This document shows positions 27,373 through 36,937 of a stretch of DNA of 52,687 nt, in pieces. Position 1 is the first letter of the stretch. Each line of letters starts with the position of its first letter. The position numbers were made by a program, and so were the translations under genes. Below the pieces are notes generated by a model that saw only the letters and a list, made by a program, of their open reading frames with translations, did not search any database and was not told where the DNA came from. Origin of the DNA: Candidatus Binatia bacterium (GTDB lineage: Bacteria; Desulfobacterota; Binatia; HRBIN30); NCBI GenBank assembly GCA_046757585.1, contig JBHHYR010000003.1, positions 1 to 52,687 on the forward strand, read 5' to 3'.

Positions 27373-28275
27373 CTAGAGCGTAATACGCAGTCTGCCGCCC
27401 GGTGCGAAGACAGCGGGTGGCTCTTGGATCAGCCCGCTTGCACCGCGGGGGTTCCGCACGGGCCTGTGTCGCAGGCGTGCGGTGCCGGCGCTGTGGACGA
27501 CCGCGGCGCGGTCTGGTTTCGGGACCACGCTGCCCGCCAACAGCGGATTGCCGCGGGTCAGGCTTTCAGCGGCCCCGGCGCCAATGAATTCCATTCCCTG
27601 GATGTACTGGCGGAACAGCGTGTCGGAGAGCCGCCTCGGAGGCCCGGGCAATCGTCCGTGCGGGATGCTCGTGACCTCCCGGGCCGTGATGAAGACGACC
27701 TGGGTGGGGTCGGACACGCCGTGGACTTCTACCCGCCCACTGATACCAACCACCTTGGTGACGTCGTCCCGTGCGGAGTACTGGACCACGAAGTCGGTGC
27801 CGCGCACGCCAGCCACTGCGGTTGCCGTCCTGACTTCGTAGGCAGCGCCCGGCCGGCGGTAGTACTCGCTGACCAGCGCATTCAGCGTGCCGCGAAGCAG
27901 CCCGATCACAGATCTGGCGCTCCCTCGCGTCGGGCGAAAAACCTGCTCGTTCACCACAATGTGCGAGTCGTCGCTGAGCGTCAGTACGGTGTCGTCCTGA
28001 AACACGATGCGCAACCGTCCCGGCCGGCCTGTGCGGATCTCGTCGCCCTGGAAGATCGCGGTGCCATTGGTCGCGGCCGCCCACCTGCCCCCGTGCAGGG
28101 TCTCTGCCGTGCCATCCACCGCGGCGACCGTCCCGACCTCGAGCGCGAAGCTCACGCGGCTGAAGAGCACGAGCAGAGCCAGAAGCGAGAGCGCCAGCGC
28201 GGGCCGGCTCGCGACCGCGGCACCTCCGTGTGCCCCGAGGCGGTGAGCCGTTGAATGGCGCTCGTCCGAGTTCAT
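27373..28275 (-). CDS. FecR-domain protein with signal peptide
   Basis: GDEIRTG...RI.F.D.T.L.L...S, T.TAVAGVRGTDF, G.VEV; SFA-LE cleavage site; RBS AGGAG. Confidence 0.85.
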   Translation of the reverse strand: MNSDERHSTAHRLGAHGGAAVASRPALALSLLALLVLFSRVSFALEVGTVAAVDGTAETLHGGRWAAATNGTAIFQGDEIRTGRPGRLRIVFQDDTVLTLSDDSHIVVNEQVFRPTRGSARSVIGLLRGTLNALVSEYYRRPGAAYEVRTATAVAGVRGTDFVVQYSARDDVTKVVGISGRVEVHGVSDPTQVVFITAREVTSIPHGRLPGPPRRLSDTLFRQYIQGMEFIGAGAAESLTRGNPLLAGSVVPKPDRAAVVHSAGTARLRHRPVRNPRGASGLIQEPPAVFAPGGRLRITL

Positions 28276-28298
28276 GCAACTCCTTCCCAGGCTGAATG

Positions 28299-29834
28299 CT
28301 AATAGAATTCCACTTCCAGCGCCAACGACACGATCTGGCGATCATAGTCGAATTCCCGTTTGTTCGAGTCGTTGAACGAACCGAAGTACGCGACGGTGAG
28401 GGTGAGATAGCTGCTGATTCGCTTGGAGACGCTCACCGTCACCAGGTGCTCGCTGTCCTCGCGCCCGTTGCTCGGAGCGTCAAACTGCTCGTCGCGGAAA
28501 GCATAGGCCGCCTCGACATTGACTCCTGCAGGAAAGGCCCAGCCGATACCTGCATCAGCTTCGTGGCCGTCGTACGCGAACACGTCCCCCGCAGCGTTCA
28601 ACGGGTCCTCGCGATCGAATCGGTAGCCCACCGATACGTAGCGCTCCTGCGACCCCAGATACACGACCTGCCGTATTCCGGGTGCGTGATTAAAGGCGTC
28701 GCGGGTCTTGCTGAATCTGCGCTGCCGGAAGTCGCGGTAGCGCATACGGTAGAACAGTTCCGTGCGTCCCCCGTCGCCTTCCGCGATGGACATCCACGGG
28801 AATCCCGTGGCCGCTTGCAGAAAGCTGTCGTTATCCAAGAGGTAATAGTCGTACTGGGCCAACAGGGCGATCTGCACCCGGCCCGTGCGCATCGCCACTT
28901 GAGCGCTCGGCCGGTGCCCCTGGAGGTCGAAGCCGGTGAGCTCGAAGTGCAGGCTCTGATAGAACTCGTAGCCAACCGAGAGTTCCGCCTGCTCGGCGCG
29001 CCACGGTACGTACCTACCCCCGAGGGTAAACGTCGCACGGCCATCTTGCTGCTTGGTGATGCTCAGCTCGTCCTTGACGACGTCATCCGACGGCGCCAGC
29101 ACGACGTTGCTGTCGTACGCGAATCCGACCGCGCCGTAGAGCTCAACGTTTGGGCGCTTCTCCTGGCGAAGCTTCACCAGAAACTGCGCTGCCTCACGCC
29201 CCAGCGCCGAGTTGGGGTTGGCGCTGGCGACGTACGAGAAATGCTCTTCGGCTTGCACCCATTCGCCCCGCTCAAACGCGATCACGCCGAGGTAGTACCG
29301 CGCCGGCACGCGCAGCGCGGGATCCCGTTTCGCTGCGCGCTCGAAATTGCGGCGGGCCGCGTCGGACCGCCCCAGGCGCAGCTGTGCAATGCCCAGAAAT
29401 TGCGACGCGCGGGCCTCCAGCCTACTTACGCGCTGCGCCTGCTGGAGCCAGGGAATGGCCGGCCGATATCGCCCAGCCTCGACCAGCACGGCTCCAAGCT
29501 CGAGCGTTGCTTGCTGGAGGTCCGGCTTCTTCGCCAGAACTGCCCGCAGGTCCGTGGCCGCTCCCGTAAAATCACCGAGCCGCCCGCGCGTAACGCCGCG
29601 ATAATAGAGGGCCTGCGGATCCTTGGGATCGGCTTTCACAGCCCGCTCGAAGAGCTGCAACGCCTTCGAGAAGTGCCGCGCGTGGAACCGCACGAGGCCA
29701 CGCGAATACAGGCGCTCGGATCGTTCGCTGGCCGTCGCCACGTCGCTCATCGCGACCGAGATGATGGCGACCGCCAGCGCGAGCAAGCAGCTCGCTTTGT
29801 ACTTCAAGAGCAAATTCCATCTGCGGTTCCTCAT
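28299..29834 (-). CDS. TPR repeats plus C-terminal outer-membrane beta-barrel (Slam/DUF560-like)
   Basis: Signal ATA-SE; ~5-6 TPRs (ALYYRG, ARYYLG); G..YDSNV barrel start; amphipathic strands; ends LEVEFY. Confidence 0.82.
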   Translation of the reverse strand: MRNRRWNLLLKYKASCLLALAVAIISVAMSDVATASERSERLYSRGLVRFHARHFSKALQLFERAVKADPKDPQALYYRGVTRGRLGDFTGAATDLRAVLAKKPDLQQATLELGAVLVEAGRYRPAIPWLQQAQRVSRLEARASQFLGIAQLRLGRSDAARRNFERAAKRDPALRVPARYYLGVIAFERGEWVQAEEHFSYVASANPNSALGREAAQFLVKLRQEKRPNVELYGAVGFAYDSNVVLAPSDDVVKDELSITKQQDGRATFTLGGRYVPWRAEQAELSVGYEFYQSLHFELTGFDLQGHRPSAQVAMRTGRVQIALLAQYDYYLLDNDSFLQAATGFPWMSIAEGDGGRTELFYRMRYRDFRQRRFSKTRDAFNHAPGIRQVVYLGSQERYVSVGYRFDREDPLNAAGDVFAYDGHEADAGIGWAFPAGVNVEAAYAFRDEQFDAPSNGREDSEHLVTVSVSKRISSYLTLTVAYFGSFNDSNKREFDYDRQIVSLALEVEFY

Positions 29835-29866
29835 GCCAGCATGCGGTTCAGGCGGCGGCGTGGATG

Positions 29867-31735
29867 TTACGGCCCGGGCGGCGGCGCACCTGCCGGCGGT
29901 ACGGGTGCCAAGAAGTGGTACCCGAGATCGACCGGCGGAATGTCGAGCGTCCCGTCGGTCTGCGTTGTCCGCTGCCCCAACGCATCCACCAGGGCCTCAT
30001 CCGTCTGCGGATCGCCCGCATCGACCGCCGCGCTCGTCGAACCGGCTATGCCCTTCGCTAGACGAAAGTCGCCTATGGTGGGCGCAATAAAGAGCGGGTC
30101 CGCACGTGGCGGGGTGATGTCGTGAACGCCGATCGGCGTGTCCGCCCCGAAACCGTCGGTGTTCAGATTGAAATCAGCTTCGTACCCACTCGTCGACGCG
30201 TCGGCGACAATGCCGGTGGGAACGTTCAGATTGAGGATGTTGTTCTCTACCACCACGGCGTGCGACGGCGTTCCCACGTCGCCGACGAAGATGCCTGTGT
30301 CCCCGCTCTTGTACACGGTATTATTGATCACACGCAGGTCGTTCGTCCCCACCACGCGAATACCCGTTCCCGAGATTGCGGAAATTAGGTTGTTGAAAAG
30401 CAACCCGCCATCGGACCCGTCGAACCGCACACCATCACCGGCGGTACCGCTGATGATACAATTGCGGATTGCGATCCCGCCGCTGCGCGCGACAAGCAAC
30501 CCCGCATCGGTACCCCCTTGGAGCGTGACGCCATCGATCGTGACGCCGGTCTGCTCGGACAACCCGATGGCCGCCGCGCGACCCCGGGCATTGATGACGA
30601 CGTCCGCCGCGGAGCTGTTGGTGAGCAATCCCGTGACGTCGGCGAGCAGCGTCAGCGCGCCCGCAAGGTCCCCCCCGTTCAAGATCACGGGCGCGTAGAC
30701 GCCGGGAGCCAGGATCAGGGTCGAACCTGCAGGTGCTCGCTTGGCCACTTCCGCGATGTTCGCCCCGGGGCGCACGGTGATCACGGCCGGCGCCGGTGTG
30801 GGGCTCGGGGTCACCGGCGCGGCGGCGCGGACCTCGAAGGGGTACGTAAAGTCCAGCGCACGTGATGCCGGCGCAAGGTTGCGCGCCCTGACACGCATCC
30901 GGTTCCGCCCCACGCCAAGAGTCCGCGTGCCACCTGCGACGTGAAAGCCAGTCACGCCGAGCGCGCCGCCGGTGCTGCACGGTGTGTTGCTCGCGTCGTC
31001 ACATGCACTCAGCGCCAAGGGCAGGCCGCTGGCGGATCCTCCACCTTGCGCGACGTCGGCAGCAACCGACCCCGAATCCACCCCCTCGGCGGCGTCACCT
31101 ACTGTGAACGAGAAGGAGACCGGGTTGGCGACCGAGCTGCCCACGGCAGGGCTGGGGTCCAGGAGAAACGGGACCGAGAACACTCGAATCTCCCCGGCGT
31201 CCGTTTCGGTCCCCGTAACAATCGTGACCTGGCGGGGGTCGCTGAGAAAGCTCGGTGTCGCCAGCGGCGACGGATCACATGGCTGGCCAGCTCCCGCGGG
31301 CTCTATGGCGCACATGTCTAGAAAGCCCTCGCTCGGTGCGAAGTCCGTAGCGAACCCGGCGAGCATCACCGTCGCTGGGCCACCGGGCAGCTGGGCGAGC
31401 ACCAGAAAGCGGCGGCCGGACGCTGGATCGGTCGGCAGGCGAGTCGGATCAACGGCGAGACAACACGACCTGCCATTGTCGGAGTTGAAACGGATGCGGA
31501 TGGTCTTGACTGCGGCGGGCAACTCGGGGCCGAAACTCGCCCGTGTGATGGGCACGCCCTGGGCTGCGGCGATACCACCAAACGCATCACGCCCCCTGGC
31601 TGGCTGTTCCCACAGCGCGCGGAAACTGAGGCTGCCCGCGCCGCCGCCGCTTCCGCCTCCACCGCCACCTCCACACCCGACTGTCCCAGCCACGGTCAAC
31701 GCGACCGCGAGACTTTGCAATGAGGTCAGCCTCAT
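29867..31735 (-). CDS. Lipoprotein with a right-handed parallel beta-helix domain
   Basis: Lipobox TVG-C then G8SGGG tether; LAPGVY; repeated GI/NN beta-helix turns; C-terminal DPLF...DFRL...AVDAG...VDLGYH. Confidence 0.8.
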   Translation of the reverse strand: MRLTSLQSLAVALTVAGTVGCGGGGGGGSGGGAGSLSFRALWEQPARGRDAFGGIAAAQGVPITRASFGPELPAAVKTIRIRFNSDNGRSCCLAVDPTRLPTDPASGRRFLVLAQLPGGPATVMLAGFATDFAPSEGFLDMCAIEPAGAGQPCDPSPLATPSFLSDPRQVTIVTGTETDAGEIRVFSVPFLLDPSPAVGSSVANPVSFSFTVGDAAEGVDSGSVAADVAQGGGSASGLPLALSACDDASNTPCSTGGALGVTGFHVAGGTRTLGVGRNRMRVRARNLAPASRALDFTYPFEVRAAAPVTPSPTPAPAVITVRPGANIAEVAKRAPAGSTLILAPGVYAPVILNGGDLAGALTLLADVTGLLTNSSAADVVINARGRAAAIGLSEQTGVTIDGVTLQGGTDAGLLVARSGGIAIRNCIISGTAGDGVRFDGSDGGLLFNNLISAISGTGIRVVGTNDLRVINNTVYKSGDTGIFVGDVGTPSHAVVVENNILNLNVPTGIVADASTSGYEADFNLNTDGFGADTPIGVHDITPPRADPLFIAPTIGDFRLAKGIAGSTSAAVDAGDPQTDEALVDALGQRTTQTDGTLDIPPVDLGYHFLAPVPPAGAPPPGP

Positions 31736-31881
31736 CCTACGCAACGTTGAGTTCACTTGAACTGACCGGCCCCATACCTGATTGCTCGCCTCCTTGTCCA
31801 CCCTCGCCCGACCGCCAGGCAGTGGGTGTGCCAGCGCTCGGCGTAGCACCGGCGAGGAATACAGGCTAAATGGTCGGGCGT

Positions 31882-32652
31882 ATGGACCCGAAACTGGAGG
31901 CAGCCATTGAAGCGGCCCGCGCGGCTGGCAAGGTAGCGCTGCACTACTTTCGTGGAGATTTCCCCATAGAGTACAAAGGAGATCGGTCCCCGGTGACGCC
32001 CGCAGACCGGGAATGTGAAGCGCGGATCGTCGAGGTGCTTCAGCATGCCTTTCCGCAGTACGGCGTCTTGGGCGAAGAACTCGGTGAGCGGCGCGGCAGC
32101 GGAAGCCGGTGGATCATCGATCCGATCGACGGCACCAAGAATTTCATCCGCGGCATTCCCTATTTCGCGACGCTGATCGGCTTGGAGGAAGATGGGGAGG
32201 TGACTGTGGGCGTTGTGTACGCACCCGCAGTGGATGACTTGCTCTACGCCCAACGGGGCCATGGGGCGTTCGACGGCAACGGCCGCCTGGCAGTGTCTCG
32301 CGTTACCACGTTGCAGGATGGCCTGGTCACCTTTGGCGGGGTTGACATCTTCCGGCGGACCGGCCACTGGCGTGGATTCGAGCGCCTGGTGCGCGCCTCG
32401 GGCCGCCAGCGCGGTTTTGGAGATTACTTCGGCCATACGTTCGTCGCGCGTGGGCAGGCGGAAGCGATGGTCGAACTGGATGTCAAACCCTGGGACCTGG
32501 CAGCGATCAAGATTCTCGTCGAGGAAGCCGGTGGGCGGTTCACCGATTTCGATGGCACTCCGACGATCTACGGCGGGAACGCCGTCGCGTCGAACGGTCT
32601 CGTACACGACGACATCGTCGGTTTGCTGCGCGAAACGCCCGAGCCGGATTAG
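31882..32652 (+). CDS. hisN: Inositol monophosphatase family, histidinol-phosphatase HisN-like
   Basis: KGDRSPVT.AD, GEE, WIIDPIDGTKNF.RG.P.FATLIGL, RGFGD, KPWD.AA, EEAGG.FTD. Confidence 0.7.
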   Translation: MDPKLEAAIEAARAAGKVALHYFRGDFPIEYKGDRSPVTPADRECEARIVEVLQHAFPQYGVLGEELGERRGSGSRWIIDPIDGTKNFIRGIPYFATLIGLEEDGEVTVGVVYAPAVDDLLYAQRGHGAFDGNGRLAVSRVTTLQDGLVTFGGVDIFRRTGHWRGFERLVRASGRQRGFGDYFGHTFVARGQAEAMVELDVKPWDLAAIKILVEEAGGRFTDFDGTPTIYGGNAVASNGLVHDDIVGLLRETPEPD

Positions 32653-32683
32653 CGAGGAGTCTGGCGGAGAAAGTCCGTTTGCG

Positions 32684-32718
32684 CCCTTTGCCCTGAGCCC
32701 CTCGACGGGCGGGCTCAG
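32684..32718. repeat. Intergenic hairpin CTGAGCCC-N10-GGGCTCAG, possibly a degenerate REP-like element
   Basis: 8-bp perfect stem at 32693-32718; GCCCTGAGC..TCGA.GGG resembles the dispersed CCTGAGC.TGTCGAAGG palindrome family (recognised from memory). Confidence 0.3.
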
Positions 32719-32774
32719 CGGCCGACGCTGTGAGACCGAGCCGGGTGCCAATGCCAGTCTGTGAAGGATCCGCC

Positions 32775-33782
32775 ATGCGGCCGGCTGTGGTTCGACGAGG
32801 CTCGTGGTGCGTACTGCTCGCCTTGTGCTGCCTGAGCGGCTGCGAGCAAGATCTGCGTGTGCCCTACATTCCCCCGAAGCTGGCGAACTGGCCGCAGCCG
32901 TATCGCGGGATCAGCGGCCTGACCGTGCACGTCTTCAACACGGGCTACGTACGCGTCTCCGAGGCTCTGATCCTACGCGGCGGAAGCCTGACCGAACACC
33001 GTGATCTGCCAGTGCCTGCCTTCGTCATCCAGCATCCGCGGCACGGCCTCATTCTGTTCAATACAGGGCTCAGCCCCAAACCCGACCAGGCATCTCCTTG
33101 GCGCGGCTGGCTGCGCCTGATCGCACCGGAGGTGTCGGCGGGCCACGGCTTGAAGGCCCAGATGGCACACGCTGGTTTGAAGGCCGGCGCGGTGAAATGG
33201 ATCGTGCTGTCCAACATGCGCTTCGACCACACCGGGGAAGTGAAGGCGTTCCCCAACGCGCGCGTAGTGGTAGCGAAGGCAGAGTACGACTATGCGCAGG
33301 GGCGCCGCGACGGGTACGCGTCTCAAACATTCGACGGCGTTGCCAACTGGAAGTTCATCGACTTTCGCTCGGCAAAACCACTCGGCACCTTTCTCGCCCA
33401 CGTGGATCTGTTCGGGGACGGCAGTTGTCTGCTGCTTGAGGCCAGCGGCTCCACACCGGGAACGATGGCCATGCTCGCTCGCCTGCGCCAGGGACCCCTT
33501 CTGCTTGCCGACGATCTGGCCGCGGTGGCGGAAAGCCTCCGCTACGCGGCCAAGCCCGCGTCGGTGTACGACATGGGCCGCTGGTGGGATCACATCTGGC
33601 GACTGAAGCGGTTCAAGGACCTGGTGCCGAACTTGATCGTCTTACCGGGGCACGCCCGTGAACCGATCCTCGCCGCCCGCTCGAAGCAGATCATCGTGCA
33701 CGACTTCCGCCCTCCTGCAGGCCGTCTGTCTCCCGCACCGACGCCCAACCGCTTGCGGCGCCTCATTCCACAACCGTGGTAG
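32775..33782 (+). CDS. AHL-lactonase-like MBL-fold lipoprotein with a degenerate metal site
   Basis: Lipobox LSG-C; I.HP..G.IL, DLFGDGS, LPGH; HxHxDH replaced by NMRFDH. Confidence 0.8.
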   Translation: MRPAVVRRGSWCVLLALCCLSGCEQDLRVPYIPPKLANWPQPYRGISGLTVHVFNTGYVRVSEALILRGGSLTEHRDLPVPAFVIQHPRHGLILFNTGLSPKPDQASPWRGWLRLIAPEVSAGHGLKAQMAHAGLKAGAVKWIVLSNMRFDHTGEVKAFPNARVVVAKAEYDYAQGRRDGYASQTFDGVANWKFIDFRSAKPLGTFLAHVDLFGDGSCLLLEASGSTPGTMAMLARLRQGPLLLADDLAAVAESLRYAAKPASVYDMGRWWDHIWRLKRFKDLVPNLIVLPGHAREPILAARSKQIIVHDFRPPAGRLSPAPTPNRLRRLIPQPW

Positions 33783-33834
33783 ACTGCGGAGGTGAACCTC
33801 GGCGTTCCGGACGTGTGTGGCGGGCCAGCCCGTA

Positions 33835-34305
33835 TCAGGGGGTCGCTTCCAACGCCCGCTTGACGTTGGCAAGGTACTCCTTGACCGCCGCCGCCGCTTC
33901 GCGTTCGACGAACCCTCTGATCAGGCTTTGCAGGAGGCGCGGCACCGGCGTGTCCGGCGCCACCATCTGTCGCAAGACGATGCGCGTCGCGCCGGCTCCG
34001 CTCGGATGGAGTCGAATGGTACCTGACACATCCGTGTTGTCGTGCCTTGCCGCCTCGCTCTGAAAGGTGATCCGATCGACCCCGTTCCCTTCGTAACGCG
34101 CGGTGTAGCGCACCGCGAGGCTGGCCGGCCCGGTGGATCGCTCCTTGTAGAGGAAACGGTACGTCTCCTTGCCCGCCCGTTCACAGGCCTCGATCCCCGG
34201 AATGCAGCGGGACGACCCTACCACGTCCCAGAGAAATTCGTACGCCCGCGCCCGCGGGACACGCACGGTGATCGAGCGCTCCACCTCGGTGGGAAACTTG
34301 GCCAT
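33835..34305 (-). CDS. SRPBCC/CoxG-family lipid-binding protein
   Basis: VERSITV.....AYEFLWD.....CIPG, C-terminal helix YLANVKRALE. Confidence 0.75.
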   Translation of the reverse strand: MAKFPTEVERSITVRVPRARAYEFLWDVVGSSRCIPGIEACERAGKETYRFLYKERSTGPASLAVRYTARYEGNGVDRITFQSEAARHDNTDVSGTIRLHPSGAGATRIVLRQMVAPDTPVPRLLQSLIRGFVEREAAAAVKEYLANVKRALEATP

Positions 34306-34357
34306 GGTGCCGCTTCAGACCCGAATGCTGGGGCTTGTACACCCTCACCCTGCCACG

Positions 34358-35668
34358 TCAAGCACGCCGCACGGACCGGGTAGGTGTGCGCGATGGAGGC
34401 CGGCGCGCTCGGGGCCGTTCCTTCGGACACGCCAGGCCGATCTGCCGTGTGATGTCGAAGACGTGATAGATCTGCGGGTAGACGAGCGGCTTTCCACTGG
34501 TCATCAGAGCCGCGGCCACCTGACGCTCGGGGTCCGCCCAGGATATGATGTTGGTCAGTCCCAAGTGGCCGAAGGCGTACTGGGTGTCTGGGCCGTACGG
34601 ACTGAACCACTTGCCACCCAGCATGAACCCCATCCCGTATCGAAACGGCACACCCAGCGTGAAGTCGATCTCCAGGTACGAGTGCTCGGCGAGCGCGCGG
34701 CGCACTGTTCGTTGGTCGAAGATCCGCGTGCCGTCCAGTTCGCCACCGTTGAGCAGCAATTGGTAAAACCGGCTGAGTTCAGTTGCAGTCGCCACCAGGT
34801 TGCCCGACGGGATGACGGCGGTGAGAAAGCGTGCATCGTTCGACAGGGCTGCCGCCTCACGGAAGCCGAGGCCCAGCGCTCGCTCGAGGATTGTCGAGAA
34901 GGGTGGGAGGGGTGGTGGGCCCGTGAAGTAGTTCCGCGCGACTCGCGTGACGTCACGGCGCCGGACACCGTAGCTCATCCACCGAAAGCGCAGGGGGCGA
35001 CGAATTTCCTCATTGAGCACCACGCGGATGTTCTTGCCGGTGACGCGCCGCACCAGCTCTCCGAGCACAAACCCTCCCGTGATCGCGTGATAGGCCAGCT
35101 GGCGACCGGGTCGCGACGTGGGCTCCGCGGCGCACAAGCTGCGCACGATACCGTCGGGATCCTCCAGCCGGTCGAGGTCCATCAGGGCACGCGGCGGGTT
35201 GGGAATGCCGGCGCGATGCGTGAGGAGGTGCCGGATGGTGATCCACTGCTTCTTGTGAACACCGAACTCGGGAATATACTCGCACACCGGGTCATCCATC
35301 CGGATCAGATTCCGTTGGTCTAGCAGATGTACGATCATCGCTGTGACAGCCTTGGAGGCTGAAAAGATAGTGAACGGTGTGTCGGGTGTCGCAGGCACCC
35401 GCTCCGCGTCGGGGGCGTCGCTGGGTCCGTTGCCCGCTGCGTGACCAATGGCACGGTCGAGCACCACCTGCCCATGCCGGCGCACGCAGAGCTGGACGGC
35501 AGGGTGAATACCGCTCCGGTAGAGCCGCTCAACGGCGCGCCAGATCCGCTCCACACCGCCGGCGACGACACCCACCGTGCGCGGGGGAACCTCCCCACCC
35601 GGCCGGCCCGACGTGACAGAATCTAGCGCCGCCGGCACACGGCAGGTCGTGATGAAAGGTACACGCAC
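34358..35668 (-). CDS. Serine hydrolase, beta-lactamase/LipE-like esterase
   Basis: FSASK (SxxK), LLTHRAG, AYHAITGG, FGHLG, WADPER. Confidence 0.9.
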   Translation of the reverse strand: MRVPFITTCRVPAALDSVTSGRPGGEVPPRTVGVVAGGVERIWRAVERLYRSGIHPAVQLCVRRHGQVVLDRAIGHAAGNGPSDAPDAERVPATPDTPFTIFSASKAVTAMIVHLLDQRNLIRMDDPVCEYIPEFGVHKKQWITIRHLLTHRAGIPNPPRALMDLDRLEDPDGIVRSLCAAEPTSRPGRQLAYHAITGGFVLGELVRRVTGKNIRVVLNEEIRRPLRFRWMSYGVRRRDVTRVARNYFTGPPPLPPFSTILERALGLGFREAAALSNDARFLTAVIPSGNLVATATELSRFYQLLLNGGELDGTRIFDQRTVRRALAEHSYLEIDFTLGVPFRYGMGFMLGGKWFSPYGPDTQYAFGHLGLTNIISWADPERQVAAALMTSGKPLVYPQIYHVFDITRQIGLACPKERPRARRPPSRTPTRSVRRA

Positions 35669-35811
35669 AGACGCCTCGTGATTGGATCACTGAGCAAAGC
35701 ATGCGCACTGGCCCCCATGCGAGCACGCGGTAGGGAGTGGTGGCACTGCCCCTGCGGGACGTACGCGTCCGTGCTCGCTTCGCATGGCCCCGCGCGTCGC
35801 GCCGCAGAGTG

Positions 35812-36084
35812 CTAGGCTCCTGACGAGGGCATCTCCGTCAGGAGCCGGTCGATGGCATGGACAGGGGCCGCCTCGCCGCGCATGAAATGCGCGATGGCGC
35901 CATACACCATTTGCTGCTGCTCGACCATGGACTTACCCGCGAAAGATTCGGCGCTCACACGGATCTCAAAGTGACCGGGACTGCCGGCCTCGACTGTCAC
36001 TCCAGCCCCCGGCAGGGCTGACCGGATGGCGCCACGCAACGCCTCGCACAGGTCGGCGGGGGAGCGCAGGCTTTCAGGTGTCAT
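35812..36084 (-). CDS. BolA/IbaG family protein
   Basis: GHFEIRVS..F.GKS..EQQ.MVY, VHAI; RBS AAAGGAG. Confidence 0.88.
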   Translation of the reverse strand: MTPESLRSPADLCEALRGAIRSALPGAGVTVEAGSPGHFEIRVSAESFAGKSMVEQQQMVYGAIAHFMRGEAAPVHAIDRLLTEMPSSGA

Positions 36085-36202
36085 GAGCTGCTCCTTTCTC
36101 TGCTGATAGAGCTTGGAAGCTGTCAGGCGCCAACATACAGCAAGCGCGGCAGCATACCAATCGGGCCGAGCGATCCCGTGGGGGGGAGCCCGCCGCGGTC
36201 AA

Positions 36203-36844
36203 TCAACCTTGGAACAGGAAGCGCGACACCATGTCGGAGGCCGCCTCGACGGCCGGCTCGATTCGGGCCCCCGCGGTCCCGAGCATGAGACGTGACGCCG
36301 TCCACTCAATCGAGGTGTAGACGATGAAGGCAGCCGTGGGTAAATCAGTCACGCGAAGCCGGCCGTCTCGCTTGAGCGCCTGGAAGAGCTCCACCATCGC
36401 CGAGCGAACGCGGTACTCGATGGCCTGCACGGCAGCGCGGAACTCGGTGTCCGTGAAGTAGCGCTCCCACAGGATGCGCTGCATGCCGGGATTGATCGTG
36501 CGGGTGTGAAACAGTGCACCGATGAGGTGGCGCACGCCGGCGCGAGGATCACCCCGCCGCCATGCATCGGGATCAAGGTTGTGCACCACGTAGTTGGCAA
36601 TCTCATTCACCGTGCCGTCGAGGAGCTCCAAGAGGATGGAGCGCTTGTCGTTGAAATAGCCGTAGAAAGTCCCAACGGCGATGTGTGCCCGGCGGGCAAT
36701 GTGCGCGGTGGTCGTCCGCTCGTATCCCCGTCGTTCGAAGCAGGCGACCGCGGCGTCCAAGATCTTCTGCCGCGTCCGCCGGCTCCGCTCCTGCTGCGGC
36801 CTGCGCAGACAGCCCCGCGGCTTCATTTTCGGCCGACGTTCCAT
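36203..36844 (-). CDS. TetR family transcriptional regulator
   Basis: PQQERS..T...IL.AA...F...GY..TTT..IA.RA..AVGTFY.YF.DK. Confidence 0.92.
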   Translation of the reverse strand: MERRPKMKPRGCLRRPQQERSRRTRQKILDAAVACFERRGYERTTTAHIARRAHIAVGTFYGYFNDKRSILLELLDGTVNEIANYVVHNLDPDAWRRGDPRAGVRHLIGALFHTRTINPGMQRILWERYFTDTEFRAAVQAIEYRVRSAMVELFQALKRDGRLRVTDLPTAAFIVYTSIEWTASRLMLGTAGARIEPAVEAASDMVSRFLFQG

Positions 36845-36851
36845 GATCGCG

Positions 36852-36860
36852 AGCGTACCA
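36852..36860 (-). promoter_or_regulatory. Extended -10 (TGGTACGCT), leaderless promoter of the TetR gene
   Basis: Ends 7 nt before ATG 36844; no Shine-Dalgarno. Confidence 0.5.
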
Positions 36861-36908
36861 CACGCAGCGGCACCACGACAAAAAAGTGAATTCGACGTCA
36901 AGTTCTTG

Positions 36909-36937
36909 TTGACTCCAGGGCTGCCTGCGTCTACGGT
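36909..36937 (+). promoter_or_regulatory. Sigma70-type promoter of the diiron gene
   Basis: TTGACT (36909-14), 17 nt, TACGGT (36932-37). Confidence 0.6.

Noticed and set aside
28296-30125. 609-aa plus-strand ORF, and similar long ORFs at 11508-12971, 6476-7804, 46785-48077, 42624-43859 and 23361-24494
   Set aside because: Antisense shadows of well-supported genes, caused by high-GC codon bias; no recognisable motifs.
31650-31675. Poly-Gly codon run as a phase-variable repeat
   Set aside because: Mixed GGA/GGT/GGC codons, so it is a lipoprotein tether and not a slippage tract.
34358-35668. Antibiotic-resistance beta-lactamase
   Set aside because: YH in place of YxN and FGHLG in place of KTG indicate a family VIII/LipE-like esterase.
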